Origin: Bacillota bacterium
Lineage (GTDB): Bacteria > Bacillota > Sulfobacillia > JAIMAT01
Length of the DNA stretch: 64,000 nucleotides
Direction of reading: 5' to 3'
Assembly (NCBI GenBank): GCA_023511835.1
Contig: JAIMAT010000002.1
Location: forward strand, 10,491 to 74,490
The notes under the pieces were generated by a model, which made no database searches, was not told the origin of the DNA, and saw only the letters and a list, made by a program, of their open reading frames with translations. A program made the translations under genes and the position numbers. Of this stretch, positions 1-9,802 are shown piece after piece; position 1 is the stretch's first letter; each line of letters opens with the position of its first letter.

Positions 1-23
1 CGGCGCGGCTCGGTTAGCTTCAT
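1..23 (-). CDS. N-terminal fragment of a gene that continues beyond the window start; ATG at the reverse complement of position 23, product unknown
   Basis: The reverse complement of 1-40 reads caacAGGAGGTacccagATGAAGCTAACC..., an ATG with a near-consensus AGGAGG RBS 7 nt upstream; only 7 codons are visible. Confidence 0.3.
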
Positions 24-139
24 CTGGGTACCTCCTGTTGTGCGAAGCGCTCGAGGGCAGGATGCCTCGCGGGCCGGCCGCCCTATCCGCCGCGCCCCGG
101 AGTCCGCCCGGCGGCGCTCCGCGGGCGAGGGGGCGAGGG

Positions 140-2851
140 ATGGGCGAGCGGAGGTGGATCTGGCTCTTCACCGCCGGCATGCTGGCGGCCTTCGGGCTGG
201 CGACGCTGGCCAGCGAGGGCTACGTCGGCTGGCAGTGGTACGGCCAGCTGGGCTTCCTGGGCGTCTTCTGGCGGAGGCTCGGTGTCCAGTGGGCGCTGGG
301 CCTGGTGACGGGGCTCCTGGGCGGCGGCTTCCTCCTGGCCAACCTGCTCTGGGCTCGGCGCGCGTTCAGCATCTTCTACGTCAGCCCGGAGGCGGTGCCG
401 CCGCAGCTCCTGCCCTGGCTTCGGCCGCGGCGCCAGTTCCTGCTCCTCGGCCTGCTCTCCGGTCTCACCGGCCTCCTGATGGGGGTCGACGGCGCCGGCC
501 AGTGGCTGACGGTGGCCGGCTGGTGGTACCGCCTGCCCTTCGGACAGCTCGACCCGGTCTTCCACCGTGATGCCGGCTTCTACGTCTTCACCCTGCCCTT
601 CCTCCGTTTCGTCTACGGCTACCTGGAGACGAACATCGTGCTGGCGCTCCTCGTCTCCGGCTTCGTCTACTTCCTGACGGGGGCCGTGGCCGTCTTCGAC
701 CACCGTTTCCACGTCTACCCGGCCGCCCGGGTCCACCTGGGGGTGCTGGCCGGGCTCTACTTCCTGGTCCTGGCCTGGCGCTACCGCCTGGACCAGTTCG
801 GCCTGCTCTTCTCCACCCGCGGGGTGGCGGCGGGCCCGGGCTATACCGACCTGCACGTGATGCTGCCGGGGCTCTGGGCCATGATGGTGCTGGCGCTCCT
901 GGCAGCGGCGGCCGCCTTCGCCCAGGTGCGCGTCAGCCAGCTGCGCTGGCTGGGCTACGCCGCCGGCGCGCTGGTGGCTGGCTCCATCCTGGTGGCCGGC
1001 GTCCTGCCGGCGCTGGTCCAGCGCCTGGTGGTCGAGCCCAACGAGCTGGTGAAGGAGCGACCCTACATCCAGAACGCCATCCGGGCCACGCTTCGCGCCT
1101 GGAACCTGGACGGCGTGCAGGCCTCCAGCTACCAGGTGCGCCGCGGGCTCACCTACGAGACCGTCCAGGCCGACCAGGGCACGATCCGCAACGTCCGTCT
1201 CTGGGACTGGCGCTTCATCAGCCGCGCCTACCAGCAGCTCCAGGGGATCCGCACGTACTACCAGTTCGACACCATGACCGTCGACCGCTACGTGCTGGAC
1301 GGCGCCCTGCGCCAGGTCGTCCTCTCGGGGCGAGAGATCAACTACGCCCACCTGCCCGATCCCAGCTGGGTCAACACGCATCTGGTCTACACCCACGGCT
1401 ACGGCGTGGTGGCGACCCCGGCGGCGGAGGTGACGCCCGACGGGATGCCGCCCTTTCTGGTGCGCGACATCCCGCCCCAGGGGAACGCCCAGCTGGCGGT
1501 CCGCCAGCCGGCCATCTACTTCGGTCTCGACACCACGCCCTACGCCATCGTGGGCACCACGCAGAAGGAGTTCGACTACCCCCGGGGCAACCAGAACGTC
1601 TACACGGAGTACCGCGGGGAGGGCGACATCCGCCTGGGCAACCTGCTGCAACGGCTGGCCTTCGCGCTGGCCGTCGGCGACTACAACGTCCTCCTCTCCA
1701 GCCAGCTGACGCCCTCGAGCCGCGCCCTCCTGGACCGCCGGGTGCAGGACCGGGTGGAGCGGGTGGCACCCTTCCTGGTCTACGACTCCTCGCCCTACCT
1801 GGTGGTGGAGGGCGGCCGGCTCTACTGGATCGTGGACGCCTACACCGCCACCGCCGACTATCCCTACTCCCAGCCGCTGGGCCAGAGCGGCCTCAACTAC
1901 ATGCGCAACTCCGTCAAGGCGGTGGTGGACGCTTACTCGGGCGCCGTCACGTTCTACGCTTTCGATCCCGGCGACCCGCTTCTGGGCGTCTACGAGCGTC
2001 TCTTCCCCGGCCTCTTCCGCCCGGCGTCGGAGATGCCGGCCGGGCTGCGCGCCCACGTCCGCTACCCGCAGGACCTCTTCCGGGCGCAGGCCGAGATCTA
2101 CCTGCGCTACCACATGACCGACCCTGAGGTCTTCTACAACAAGGAAGACCTCTGGACATTCCCCAAGGAGCTGGCCTCGGGGACGGGCGAGCAGCAGACC
2201 ATGGACCCGTACTATGCCATCTTCCAGCTGCCCGGCGAGTCGGAGCCGGAGTTCCTGTTGGTCCTGCCGCTGACGCCCAACAACCGCGACAACATGATCG
2301 CCTGGCTGGCCGCCCGCTCGGACGGTCCCCACTACGGCCAGCTGGTGCTCTACAACTTCCCCAAGCAGACACAGATCTTCGGCCCGGCGCAGGTGGAGTC
2401 GCTGATCAACAACAACGACCAGATCTCCCAGGCGCTCACCCTCTGGAACCAGCAGGGCTCGCGCGTCCTGCGCGGCAGCCTGCTGGTCATCCCCATCGAC
2501 CGCTCGCTCCTCTACATCCAGCCGCTCTACCTGGAGTCGACCACCACCCAGCTGCCGGAGCTGCGCCGTGTGATCGTCTCCTACGCGGGCCAGGTGGCCA
2601 TGGCGCCGACGCTGGACCAGGCGCTGCGCGCCCTCTTCGGCGTGACCGCCCCGGCGCCGCCGGGCCCGACGCCTTCGGGCGGCGCCGCCCCCAGCCTGGC
2701 CGACCTGGTCCGCCAGGCCAACCAGGTCTACGCCCAGGCCCAGGCGGCGATCCAGGAGGGGAATTGGGCGCTCTACGGAGAACGGATGGCCGAACTGGCC
2801 GATCTTTTACGACAGATGCAGCAGAGCCTGCCCGCCGGCCGGAGCCGGTAA
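140..2851 (+). CDS. UPF0182-family large polytopic membrane protein, about 900 aa
   Basis: ORF 38..2851; N-terminal hydrophobic segments (MGERRWIWLFTAGMLAAFGLATLA...), the length and the C-terminal soluble region are typical of UPF0182 proteins; start placed at ATG 140 behind GAGGGGG; the 38-139 extension is probably not translated. Confidence 0.7.
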   Translation: MGERRWIWLFTAGMLAAFGLATLASEGYVGWQWYGQLGFLGVFWRRLGVQWALGLVTGLLGGGFLLANLLWARRAFSIFYVSPEAVPPQLLPWLRPRRQFLLLGLLSGLTGLLMGVDGAGQWLTVAGWWYRLPFGQLDPVFHRDAGFYVFTLPFLRFVYGYLETNIVLALLVSGFVYFLTGAVAVFDHRFHVYPAARVHLGVLAGLYFLVLAWRYRLDQFGLLFSTRGVAAGPGYTDLHVMLPGLWAMMVLALLAAAAAFAQVRVSQLRWLGYAAGALVAGSILVAGVLPALVQRLVVEPNELVKERPYIQNAIRATLRAWNLDGVQASSYQVRRGLTYETVQADQGTIRNVRLWDWRFISRAYQQLQGIRTYYQFDTMTVDRYVLDGALRQVVLSGREINYAHLPDPSWVNTHLVYTHGYGVVATPAAEVTPDGMPPFLVRDIPPQGNAQLAVRQPAIYFGLDTTPYAIVGTTQKEFDYPRGNQNVYTEYRGEGDIRLGNLLQRLAFALAVGDYNVLLSSQLTPSSRALLDRRVQDRVERVAPFLVYDSSPYLVVEGGRLYWIVDAYTATADYPYSQPLGQSGLNYMRNSVKAVVDAYSGAVTFYAFDPGDPLLGVYERLFPGLFRPASEMPAGLRAHVRYPQDLFRAQAEIYLRYHMTDPEVFYNKEDLWTFPKELASGTGEQQTMDPYYAIFQLPGESEPEFLLVLPLTPNNRDNMIAWLAARSDGPHYGQLVLYNFPKQTQIFGPAQVESLINNNDQISQALTLWNQQGSRVLRGSLLVIPIDRSLLYIQPLYLESTTTQLPELRRVIVSYAGQVAMAPTLDQALRALFGVTAPAPPGPTPSGGAAPSLADLVRQANQVYAQAQAAIQEGNWALYGERMAELADLLRQMQQSLPAGRSR

Positions 2852-2869
2852 GGGCGGGCCGGGATCGGG

Positions 2870-4195
2870 GTGGAGTGCAGCGTGGAAGAGCAGGCGGAAG
2901 CGGTACCGCGGGTTCGCGTCGACGAGCTGCCCGGCCACGTGGGCGAGGAGGTGCGGCTGGAGGGCTGGCTGCACAACCGCCGCTCCAGCGGGCGCATCGC
3001 CTTCCTCATCGTCCGCGACGGGAGCGGCTTCGTCCAGGCGGTGGCCTCCCGGGACGAGCTGGGTGAGGAAGCCTACCGGCTCCTGGACCATCTGGTCCAG
3101 GAGAGCCCCCTGCGTCTGCGAGGGCGCGTGCGCGCCGACCGGCGCGCGCCCGGGGGGGTGGAGGTGGAGCTGGCCGAGGTGGAGAGCCTGCCCAGCCAGC
3201 CCGACTACCCGGTCACGCCCAAAGAGCACGGGGTCGACTTCCTCCTCGACCACCGCCACCTCTGGATCCGCACGCCGCGGCAGCGCGCCATCCTGCGCAT
3301 CCGCGCCGAGGTGGCGGCGGCCAGCGAGGAGTACCTGCGCGAGCAGGGCTTCGTCCGCGTCGACTCGCCCGTGCTGACCGCCAACGCCAGCGAAGGGACC
3401 ACCACCCTCTTCGCCGTCGACTACTTCGGCGAGCCGGCCTACCTCTCGCAGAGCGGCCAGCTCTACGCCGAGGCGAGCGCCATGGCGCTGGGGCGCGTCT
3501 ACTGCTTCGGGCCCACCTTCCGCGCCGAGCGCTCGAAAACCCGGCGCCACCTGATCGAGTTCTGGATGCTGGAGCCGGAGGCCGCCTTCGTGGAGCACGA
3601 GGAGAACCTGCGCCTGCAGGAGGGGCTGGTCCGCCACGTGCTGCGGCGCGTGCTGGAGCGCTGCGGGGGCGAGCTGGCCGAGGTGGGCCGCGACGTCGGC
3701 CGGCTGGAGCGCGCCGACGCGCCCTTCGAGCGGATCACCTACGACGAGGCGCTGGCGCTCCTGCGGCGGCAGGGGCTCGAGCTGGAGTGGGGCGAGGACT
3801 TCGGCGCGCCCCACGAGACGGCGCTGGCCTCGGCCTTCGAGCGGCCGCTCTTCGTCGAACGCTACCCGGCCAGGGCCAAGGCCTTCTACATGCAGCCGGC
3901 CGCCGACGACCCGCGGGTGGTGCTCTGCGACGATCTGCTGGCGCCCGAGGGCTACGGCGAGGTGATCGGAGGAAGCCAGCGCATCCACGACCTGGAGCTC
4001 CTCCGCCAGAGGATCCGCGAGGCGGGCCTGGACGAGGCCGACTTCGACTGGTACCTCGACCTGCGGCGCTGGGGGAGCGTCCCGCACAGCGGCTTCGGCA
4101 TGGGGATCGAGCGCATGGTGGCCTGGATCTGCGGGCTTGAGCACGTGCGCGAGGCGGTCCCCTATCCGCGGCTGCTCAACCGCCTGCGGCCCTGA
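2870..4195 (+). CDS. asnS: asparaginyl-tRNA synthetase (class IIb aaRS)
   Basis: 441 aa; N-terminal OB anticodon-binding domain, class II motifs (FRAE, GFGMGIERMVAWICG); the length matches AsnRS. Confidence 0.85.
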   Translation: MECSVEEQAEAVPRVRVDELPGHVGEEVRLEGWLHNRRSSGRIAFLIVRDGSGFVQAVASRDELGEEAYRLLDHLVQESPLRLRGRVRADRRAPGGVEVELAEVESLPSQPDYPVTPKEHGVDFLLDHRHLWIRTPRQRAILRIRAEVAAASEEYLREQGFVRVDSPVLTANASEGTTTLFAVDYFGEPAYLSQSGQLYAEASAMALGRVYCFGPTFRAERSKTRRHLIEFWMLEPEAAFVEHEENLRLQEGLVRHVLRRVLERCGGELAEVGRDVGRLERADAPFERITYDEALALLRRQGLELEWGEDFGAPHETALASAFERPLFVERYPARAKAFYMQPAADDPRVVLCDDLLAPEGYGEVIGGSQRIHDLELLRQRIREAGLDEADFDWYLDLRRWGSVPHSGFGMGIERMVAWICGLEHVREAVPYPRLLNRLRP

Positions 4196-4254
4196 GGCGC
4201 GCCGCCCGGCCGGACGGCGCGCCCGGCCGGAGCGGGAGCGAGGAGGAAGGCGAG

Positions 4255-5343
4255 ATGGAGACGGTCGGCAGCATCCTGCGGCAAAGGCGCGAGGCGCTGG
4301 GCCTCTCGCTGGAGGAGGTGCAGAACCGCACCAAGATCCGCATCCGCTACCTGGACGCCCTGGAGCGCGGCGACTACGCCCTCCTGCCGGGAGAGGTCTA
4401 CGCGCGGGGCTTCCTGCGCGCCTACGCGGAGGTGCTGGAGATCGACCCGCAGCCGCTCCTGGAGCGACTCCGGCGCGAGTGGGGGGGCCTTCCCGCGACG
4501 TCGGAGGAGCCGGGGAGCAGCGGCCGGGAGCTCCCCGCCGGGCGGCCGGCGGCTCGGGAGGAGGAGACTCCCCCCTGGCGCGCCACCCCGCCCCAGGCCG
4601 AGCGCCCCGGCGCCGCCGCCGACGAGGGCCTCCCCGGGGGCGGGCCGACGTTGCCACCGCGGTCGCGGGCGCCCCGGCCGGCGCCGCACGCCCGCTCCCG
4701 CGGGCGCGACCGCGCCGCCGGACCGCCGGCCCGTCCCGCCCCGCCGGCGCGATCGGGCCTCGCCGTGCGGAATCCCGTCCGGCTGGCCGGCATCGCGGCC
4801 GGACTCCTGGTCCTCGTCGCGGTTGTGGCCTACGCCCTCTGGCCGCGCTCGCCCGCGGCCGCACCCGCCGGCGGCCCGGCGAGCGCGCAGCACGGGGGTA
4901 CGCCGGCGACGACGGCCAAGGGCGGGGGCGGGACGGCCACCTCCGAGACCGGCGGCAGCTCCGGCGGCATCGCCGCCCAGCCTCCGCAGGTCGAGCGCGT
5001 AGTCTCGGGTCAGACGGTGCTCTATACGCTCAAAGGCCAGGGGCCGCTGCAACTGGACGTAAGCTTTGACGACCGCGTCTGGCTGGAGGTGAAGGCGGAC
5101 GGCAAGACCGTCTACAGCGGCACCCTCTCCGCCGGCAGCCGGCGGAGCTGGACCGCCAGCCGCGAGCTGGACGTGGTGACCGCGCGCCCCTACGCCATGG
5201 CCGTCTCGCTCAACGGCCAGTCGCTGGGCACGCCCAGCCAGTCGACCCAGGTCACCTACCTGGTCTTCGTGGCCGGCGGCAGCGGCTCCGGTACCGGCGG
5301 CAGCGGCTCCGGTACCGGCGCCGCCGGCTCGCCGGGCGGCTGA
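4255..5343 (+). CDS. rodZ: RodZ-like cytoskeletal protein (XRE-type HTH, long disordered linker, C-terminal DUF4115)
   Basis: N-terminal HTH (LRQRREALGLSLEEVQNRTKIRIRYLDALERGDYALLPGEVYARGFLRAYAEVL); Pro/Ala/Gly/Arg-rich linker; C-terminal DUF4115-like region (VLYTLKGQGPLQLDVSFDDRVWLEVKADGKTVYSG...). Confidence 0.7.
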   Translation: METVGSILRQRREALGLSLEEVQNRTKIRIRYLDALERGDYALLPGEVYARGFLRAYAEVLEIDPQPLLERLRREWGGLPATSEEPGSSGRELPAGRPAAREEETPPWRATPPQAERPGAAADEGLPGGGPTLPPRSRAPRPAPHARSRGRDRAAGPPARPAPPARSGLAVRNPVRLAGIAAGLLVLVAVVAYALWPRSPAAAPAGGPASAQHGGTPATTAKGGGGTATSETGGSSGGIAAQPPQVERVVSGQTVLYTLKGQGPLQLDVSFDDRVWLEVKADGKTVYSGTLSAGSRRSWTASRELDVVTARPYAMAVSLNGQSLGTPSQSTQVTYLVFVAGGSGSGTGGSGSGTGAAGSPGG

Positions 5344-5359
5344 GCGGGGCCGGCCGGGG

Positions 5360-6124
5360 CTAGCGCGCCGGGGCCGGAGCGGGGCGGACGCCGGCGTCGG
5401 CCAGGAGCCGGCTGAGCGTCACGAAACGGAAGCCCTTCTCGCGCAGGCCCTGGATGATCTGGCGCAGGGCCAGCGGCGTCTGGCTGTCGGTGTCGTTGGC
5501 GTTCATCAGGATCAGGTCGCCGGGCCGCGCCAGGCGGAGCACCCGGCGCCGGATGTAGTCCGTCCCCGGGCCGAGCCAGTCCTGAGAGTCGAGGCTCCAG
5601 CGGACGGGGACGTAGCCCTCCTGCACCGCCGTCTGCACCACCGCGCTGCTGTAGTCGCCGTTGGGCGCCCGGAAGAAGCGGGGCTGGCGCCCCGTCACCC
5701 GGCTCAGCACGTCGCCCGCCTGGCGCATCTCCTCGCGGATCACCTCGGGCCCGTACTGGCTCATGTTGATCTGCCGGTACCCCAGGCTGCCCACTTCGTG
5801 ACCGTCGGCCGCCATGCGGCGGAGCAGCTCGGGGTACTCGGCCGCCCAGGCGCCGGAGACGAAGAAGACGGCCTGCACGTGCTCCTCGTGCAGGACGTCC
5901 AGCACCTGCATGGCCACCTGCTGGCCCCAGGCCACGTCGAAGGTGAGCACCAGCTCCGGTTGCCGCGTCGCCACCCGCTCCAGCGGGCCGGGACGACCCG
6001 CTGTCGGCAACTCCGCGGCCAGCCGGAGGCCGCCCTCCAACAAGAGGAGCAAACCCAGCAGGCCGGCCAGGAGGGCGGCGCGGCGGCGGACTGCGTGCCC
6101 CAGGTCGAGGTGGAGGACGAACAC
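5360..6124 (-). CDS. polysaccharide deacetylase (NodB-homology, PdaA/PdaB-like)
   Basis: 254 aa; N-terminal signal/TM segment, NodB-domain motifs (FFVSGAWAAEYPEL, HEVGSLGYRQINM, RAPNGDYS); convergent with rodZ. Confidence 0.8.
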   Translation of the reverse strand: MFVLHLDLGHAVRRRAALLAGLLGLLLLLEGGLRLAAELPTAGRPGPLERVATRQPELVLTFDVAWGQQVAMQVLDVLHEEHVQAVFFVSGAWAAEYPELLRRMAADGHEVGSLGYRQINMSQYGPEVIREEMRQAGDVLSRVTGRQPRFFRAPNGDYSSAVVQTAVQEGYVPVRWSLDSQDWLGPGTDYIRRRVLRLARPGDLILMNANDTDSQTPLALRQIIQGLREKGFRFVTLSRLLADAGVRPAPAPAR

Positions 6125-6192
6125 GCGGGCGGCACCCCCCGCCCGGCCCTGCGGGCCAGGCCACGCTCAAGGGTATGCCCCCCGCCACCGTG

Positions 6193-7290
6193 CTAGCCCA
6201 GGTGGCCCAGCCGCCGGACCAGCCTCCGCCGCCTCCGCTCCAGCTCCTCCAGCCGCAGCGCGGCGCCCGGCAGCCGGCGTGCCGCCTCCGCGTGGAGCGC
6301 CCGCTCCACCACCTCCAGGGCGCGGCCGGGCGAGCGCAGGCGGTGCTCGTACAGCTTGGCCAGCGCCACGTAGGCCTCGAAGGGTGCCAGCGGCGAGGGG
6401 TCCAGGAGCGCCTCCCAGACCCGGGCCGCCTCCTCCCACCGCCGGCGCCGCTCCAGCTCGCGCGCCAGCAGGCGGCCTGCCCGCAGACGCTCGCCGGCCC
6501 GCTCGGCGGCCTCGAAGGCGCGCCGGAGAAGCGCGGCGGCCGCGGCGTCGCCCGCCGCATGCGCCCTCCGCCCCAGCGCCTCGGCCGCCCAGCCGGGCAG
6601 CCGGGCGGGCTCGGCCGCGGCCAGAAGCGCGGCCGCGCGGCTCGCCAGCGCCGCCAGCGCCAGCAGGTCGAGGCGGTTGTGGGCGGCCACGTCGTCGAGA
6701 AGGTCGACACCGGCCCCGTTCAGGTAGGCCAGGTAGCGCGCCGGCGCCGCCGAGCCGGGCATGTCGCCCGCGCGGCGCAGGCCCAGGACGCCTTCCTCCA
6801 GAGCGGCCAGCGAGGCGCGCCCCAGGCGTCGGCCCCAGAGCAGGCGCGCGGCGGGCAGGAGGTCCCAGGCTGCCAAGCTGCCCCCTTCCCCGGCCGCGAA
6901 GGGGTTGGGCAGCGCCCCCGGACCGTGGCTGAGGAGCCAGCGGGCCGCCAGGAGCGGCAGGTCGAAGCGGTCGCCGTTGAAGGTGACCCAGGCGCGCCCG
7001 GCCAGGTCGGCCGCCACCCGCTCCAGCCAGGAGGCCTCCAAGGCCGGCTCGAGGAGCAGGTGCTGGCGCAGGTGCAGCTCTTCGCCCTCCCACCAGGCGA
7101 GCCCGACCAGAAAGACCAGCGTCCCCGGCGCCGGTCCGAGGCCGGTGCTCTCCACATCCAGGTAGCCCCAGCGCCGCGGCGAGCCTTCCAACGGCACGAG
7201 CCACGGCAGGAGCCCGCGGCGGGGCTCGGCGTCGAGGCCGGCGGCCTCCAGCCCCGGTACGCGCCCGGCGGGGAGGCGCTCGAAGCGCAC
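6193..7290 (-). CDS. mrfB: YprB/MrfB-like RNase H-fold 3'-5' exonuclease with a C-terminal TPR-like helical region
   Basis: N-terminal DEDD-like segment (YLDVESTGLGPAPGTLVFLVGLAWWEG...TFNGDRFDLPLL) followed by helical repeats; lies directly downstream of the YprA-like helicase, as yprA-yprB do in Bacillus. Confidence 0.6.
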   Translation of the reverse strand: MRFERLPAGRVPGLEAAGLDAEPRRGLLPWLVPLEGSPRRWGYLDVESTGLGPAPGTLVFLVGLAWWEGEELHLRQHLLLEPALEASWLERVAADLAGRAWVTFNGDRFDLPLLAARWLLSHGPGALPNPFAAGEGGSLAAWDLLPAARLLWGRRLGRASLAALEEGVLGLRRAGDMPGSAAPARYLAYLNGAGVDLLDDVAAHNRLDLLALAALASRAAALLAAAEPARLPGWAAEALGRRAHAAGDAAAAALLRRAFEAAERAGERLRAGRLLARELERRRRWEEAARVWEALLDPSPLAPFEAYVALAKLYEHRLRSPGRALEVVERALHAEAARRLPGAALRLEELERRRRRLVRRLGHLG

Positions 7291-7435
7291 CTCCGCCCCT
7301 CCGTCCCCCGGCCGGGGCGGGATCGGGACGGCCGCCGGCCCCGCCGCCGGTCCAGGCGCCGCCGGCGGTCCGGCTGCCTGCGCCCGGGACGGCTGGCCTC
7401 GCTCGGGGCGCTGGGCGAGAAAGCGTTCCCAGCGT

Positions 7436-9750
7436 TCAAGGAGCCCCGTGCGGCCTCACCTCGTCCGGCCGCTCCTCCGCCCCCGCCAGGGCCGCGGCCA
7501 GGAGCGCCCGCGCCACCTCCTTGCCGCGCGGGCCCACCTCGCTGGCGGGTCCGACGCAGCCGGGGCAGCCGTTGGCGCAGGGGCAGCGCTCCACCAGCTC
7601 CAGGGCGGCATGCAGGAGTTCGCGGTGGAGCGTGTAGAGCTTCTCGCTCAGCCCCACACCGCCCGGATAACTCTCGTAGAGAAAGACCGTCGGCCGGCCG
7701 GTGAAGGGCGAGCGCGCCTGGATGGAGGCGCGCAGGTCGTGCCCGTCGCAGAGGAGATAGAGCGGCGCCACGCCCGCCAGCAGCCGGCCGAGCCCCAGGA
7801 GGCCGCCCTCCAGCACCGCCTGCGGCCAGAGCGCCCCGCTCTCCGGCGGGAGGCTCAGCCAGAAGGCGGTGGAGGGCATCTCCAGCTCCGGCAGGTGGAT
7901 CCGGCCCCAGCCCACGTTCTCCCGTGTGGTGAAACGGATCTTCTTGAAGAGCGTGGCGCGGGAGACCACCCGCACCTCGCCCCAGGCTCGCTGCCAGCCG
8001 CCCGGCAGGAGCTCCTGGCGCTCCACCGAGGTAACGCGCAGCTCCACCGCCAGGTCGGCGTCGGTGTAGTAGTCCACCTCCACCGGCCGCACGTACGCCT
8101 TCCGCTCGGCGAAGTCGAGGCGCGTCACCTCGTACTGGCGGCCGCCGTGGAGGTAGATGGCCTGCTCGTGGACCAGCAGCGGCGCGGAGAAGAGGTCGAC
8201 CTCGCCGATGACGCGGGCACCGCGGCTCGTGTCGACGATGACCACGTTCTCCTGGGCGGCCGAGCGGAGGCTGATCTCGTTGGCGGGGAAGCTCTCCGCG
8301 TTCCAGTACCAGCGTCCGCCCGCGAGGCGGAGCACCCCTTCCTGGGCGAGGAACTCCAGGATCGCCTCCAGGTCCACCTCCTCCCCCTCCAGGCCGGGCC
8401 AGCGCTCGCCGTCGCGGAAGGGCAGTTCGAAGGCGGCGCACTGCACGTGGCTCATGAGGATGTAGAGGTTTTCCGGGTTGATGCGCGCCTCCTCGGGCGG
8501 CTTCGACAGGAAGTACTCCGGGTGCGTCACGACGAACTGGTCCAGGGGGGCGCCGCTGGCCACCAGCACCGCCGCCGCCGGCTCGTTCCGCCGCCCCGCC
8601 CGGCCCGCCTCCTGCCAGGTGCTGGCCACGCTGCCCGGGTAGCCGGCCATGACGCAGGCGCTGAGGCCGCCGATGTCCACGCCCAGCTCCAGGGCGTTGG
8701 TGCTGGCCACACCCAGCGTCTCGCCGCTGCGCAGGCTCCGCTCGATGCGCCGCCGCTCGCCCGGGAGGTAGCCGCCCCGGTAGCCCTCGACGCGCCGCGC
8801 CACGGCGGGAGGCAGCTTCCTGCGCAGCTCCGAGAGCATCAGCTCGACGGAGAGGCGGGAGCGGCCGAAGAGGATGGTCGGGATCTCGTGACGCAGGAAG
8901 CGTGCCGCCCAGGCCTCGGCCTCGGCCAGCGAGCTCCGCCGGATCCCCGAGGCGGGATCGACAAGAGGAGGATTATAAAATATCAGATGTTTCTCGCCCT
9001 GCGGCGCTCCGCTCTCCTCGATGGCCACGGCCGGCTGGCCGGTCAGCCGGCTGGCCAGCTCGGCCGGGTTGCCGATGGTGGCCGAGGTGCAGATATACTG
9101 CGGGCGGCTTCCGTAGAAGGCGGCGACGCGGGCGAGCCGGCGGAGGACGTTGGCCACGTGGCTTCCGAAGACGCCGCGGTACTGGTGGAGCTCGTCGACG
9201 ACCACGAAGCGCAGGCCCTGGAAGAGCTTCTGCCAGCCCGTGTGATGCGGCAGGATGGCCGAGTGGAGCATGTCGGGATTGGTGATGACGATGCGCGCGC
9301 CGGCGCGGACGGCGCGGCGCCGCTCGGCGGGGGTGTCGCCGTCGTAGGTGTCGGTCGCCGGCTCGCCGCCCAGCTCGGCGGTGATGGCGGCCAGCTCGGC
9401 CCGCTGGTCCTGGGCCAGCGCCTTGGTGGGGAAGAGGTAGAGCGCGCGGGCGCCCGGCTCGACCAGCAGGCGCTCGAGCACCGGCAGATTGTAGCAGAGC
9501 GTCTTGCCGGAAGCTGTGGGCGTCACCACCACCGGGTTCTGGCCGCGGCGCACCGCCTCCCAGGCGGCGCGCTGGTGGCTGTAAAGGCGGCGGATGCCAC
9601 GCCGCTCGAGGGCCCCGCGCAACGCCGCCGGTACCTCCTCCGGCCAGTCGCGCCACTCCGCCTCGCGCGGCGGCGTCCGCACCCAGGCCGTCACCGAGGC
9701 CCGGAGCGCCGGATCGGCGTCGACCTCCTCCAGGAGTTGTGCCAGGTTCA
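7436..9750 (-). CDS. mrfA: YprA/MrfA-like DEAD/DEAH-box helicase with a C-terminal DUF1998 zinc-finger domain
   Basis: Walker A TASGKTLCYNLP, DEVH-like VVDELHQYRGVFG, helicase C-terminal motifs, and C-terminal CPCANGCPGCVGP (4-Cys DUF1998). Start placed at GTG about 9750 (VNLAQLLEEV) behind GAGGTGGG; the ORF continues upstream to 10123, but that part is Ala/Ser/Arg low complexity. Confidence 0.8.
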
Positions 9751-9802
9751 CGGGTGACCACCCACCTCGGAAGAGCCCGGGAGACCGGGCTGTGCGAAGG
9801 AC

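Noticed and set aside
83-2332. 749-aa minus-strand ORF antisense to the UPF0182 gene. Similar long alternate-frame ORFs occur at 2807-4864, 5256-6710, 6720-8441, 7448-9757, 8973-12104, 12743-14251, 14610-16094, 16100-17728, 17269-19785, 20192-22063, 22351-23979, 24066-25256, 26757-29987, 27128-29578, 44907-47273, 45035-47125, 46966-49047, 50674-52749 and 52932-55298
   Set aside because: These translations are dominated by Arg/Pro/Gly/Ala runs with no recognisable domains, and each lies antisense to or out of frame with a gene whose product matches a well-known family. Stop-codon depletion at about 73% GC keeps all six frames open.
5263-5340. Tandem direct repeat (GGCAGCGGCTCCGGTACCGGC, two copies), considered as a CRISPR or VNTR element
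   Set aside because: Only two units, no spacers, and it lies in frame inside the rodZ-like CDS encoding a GSGSGTG linker.
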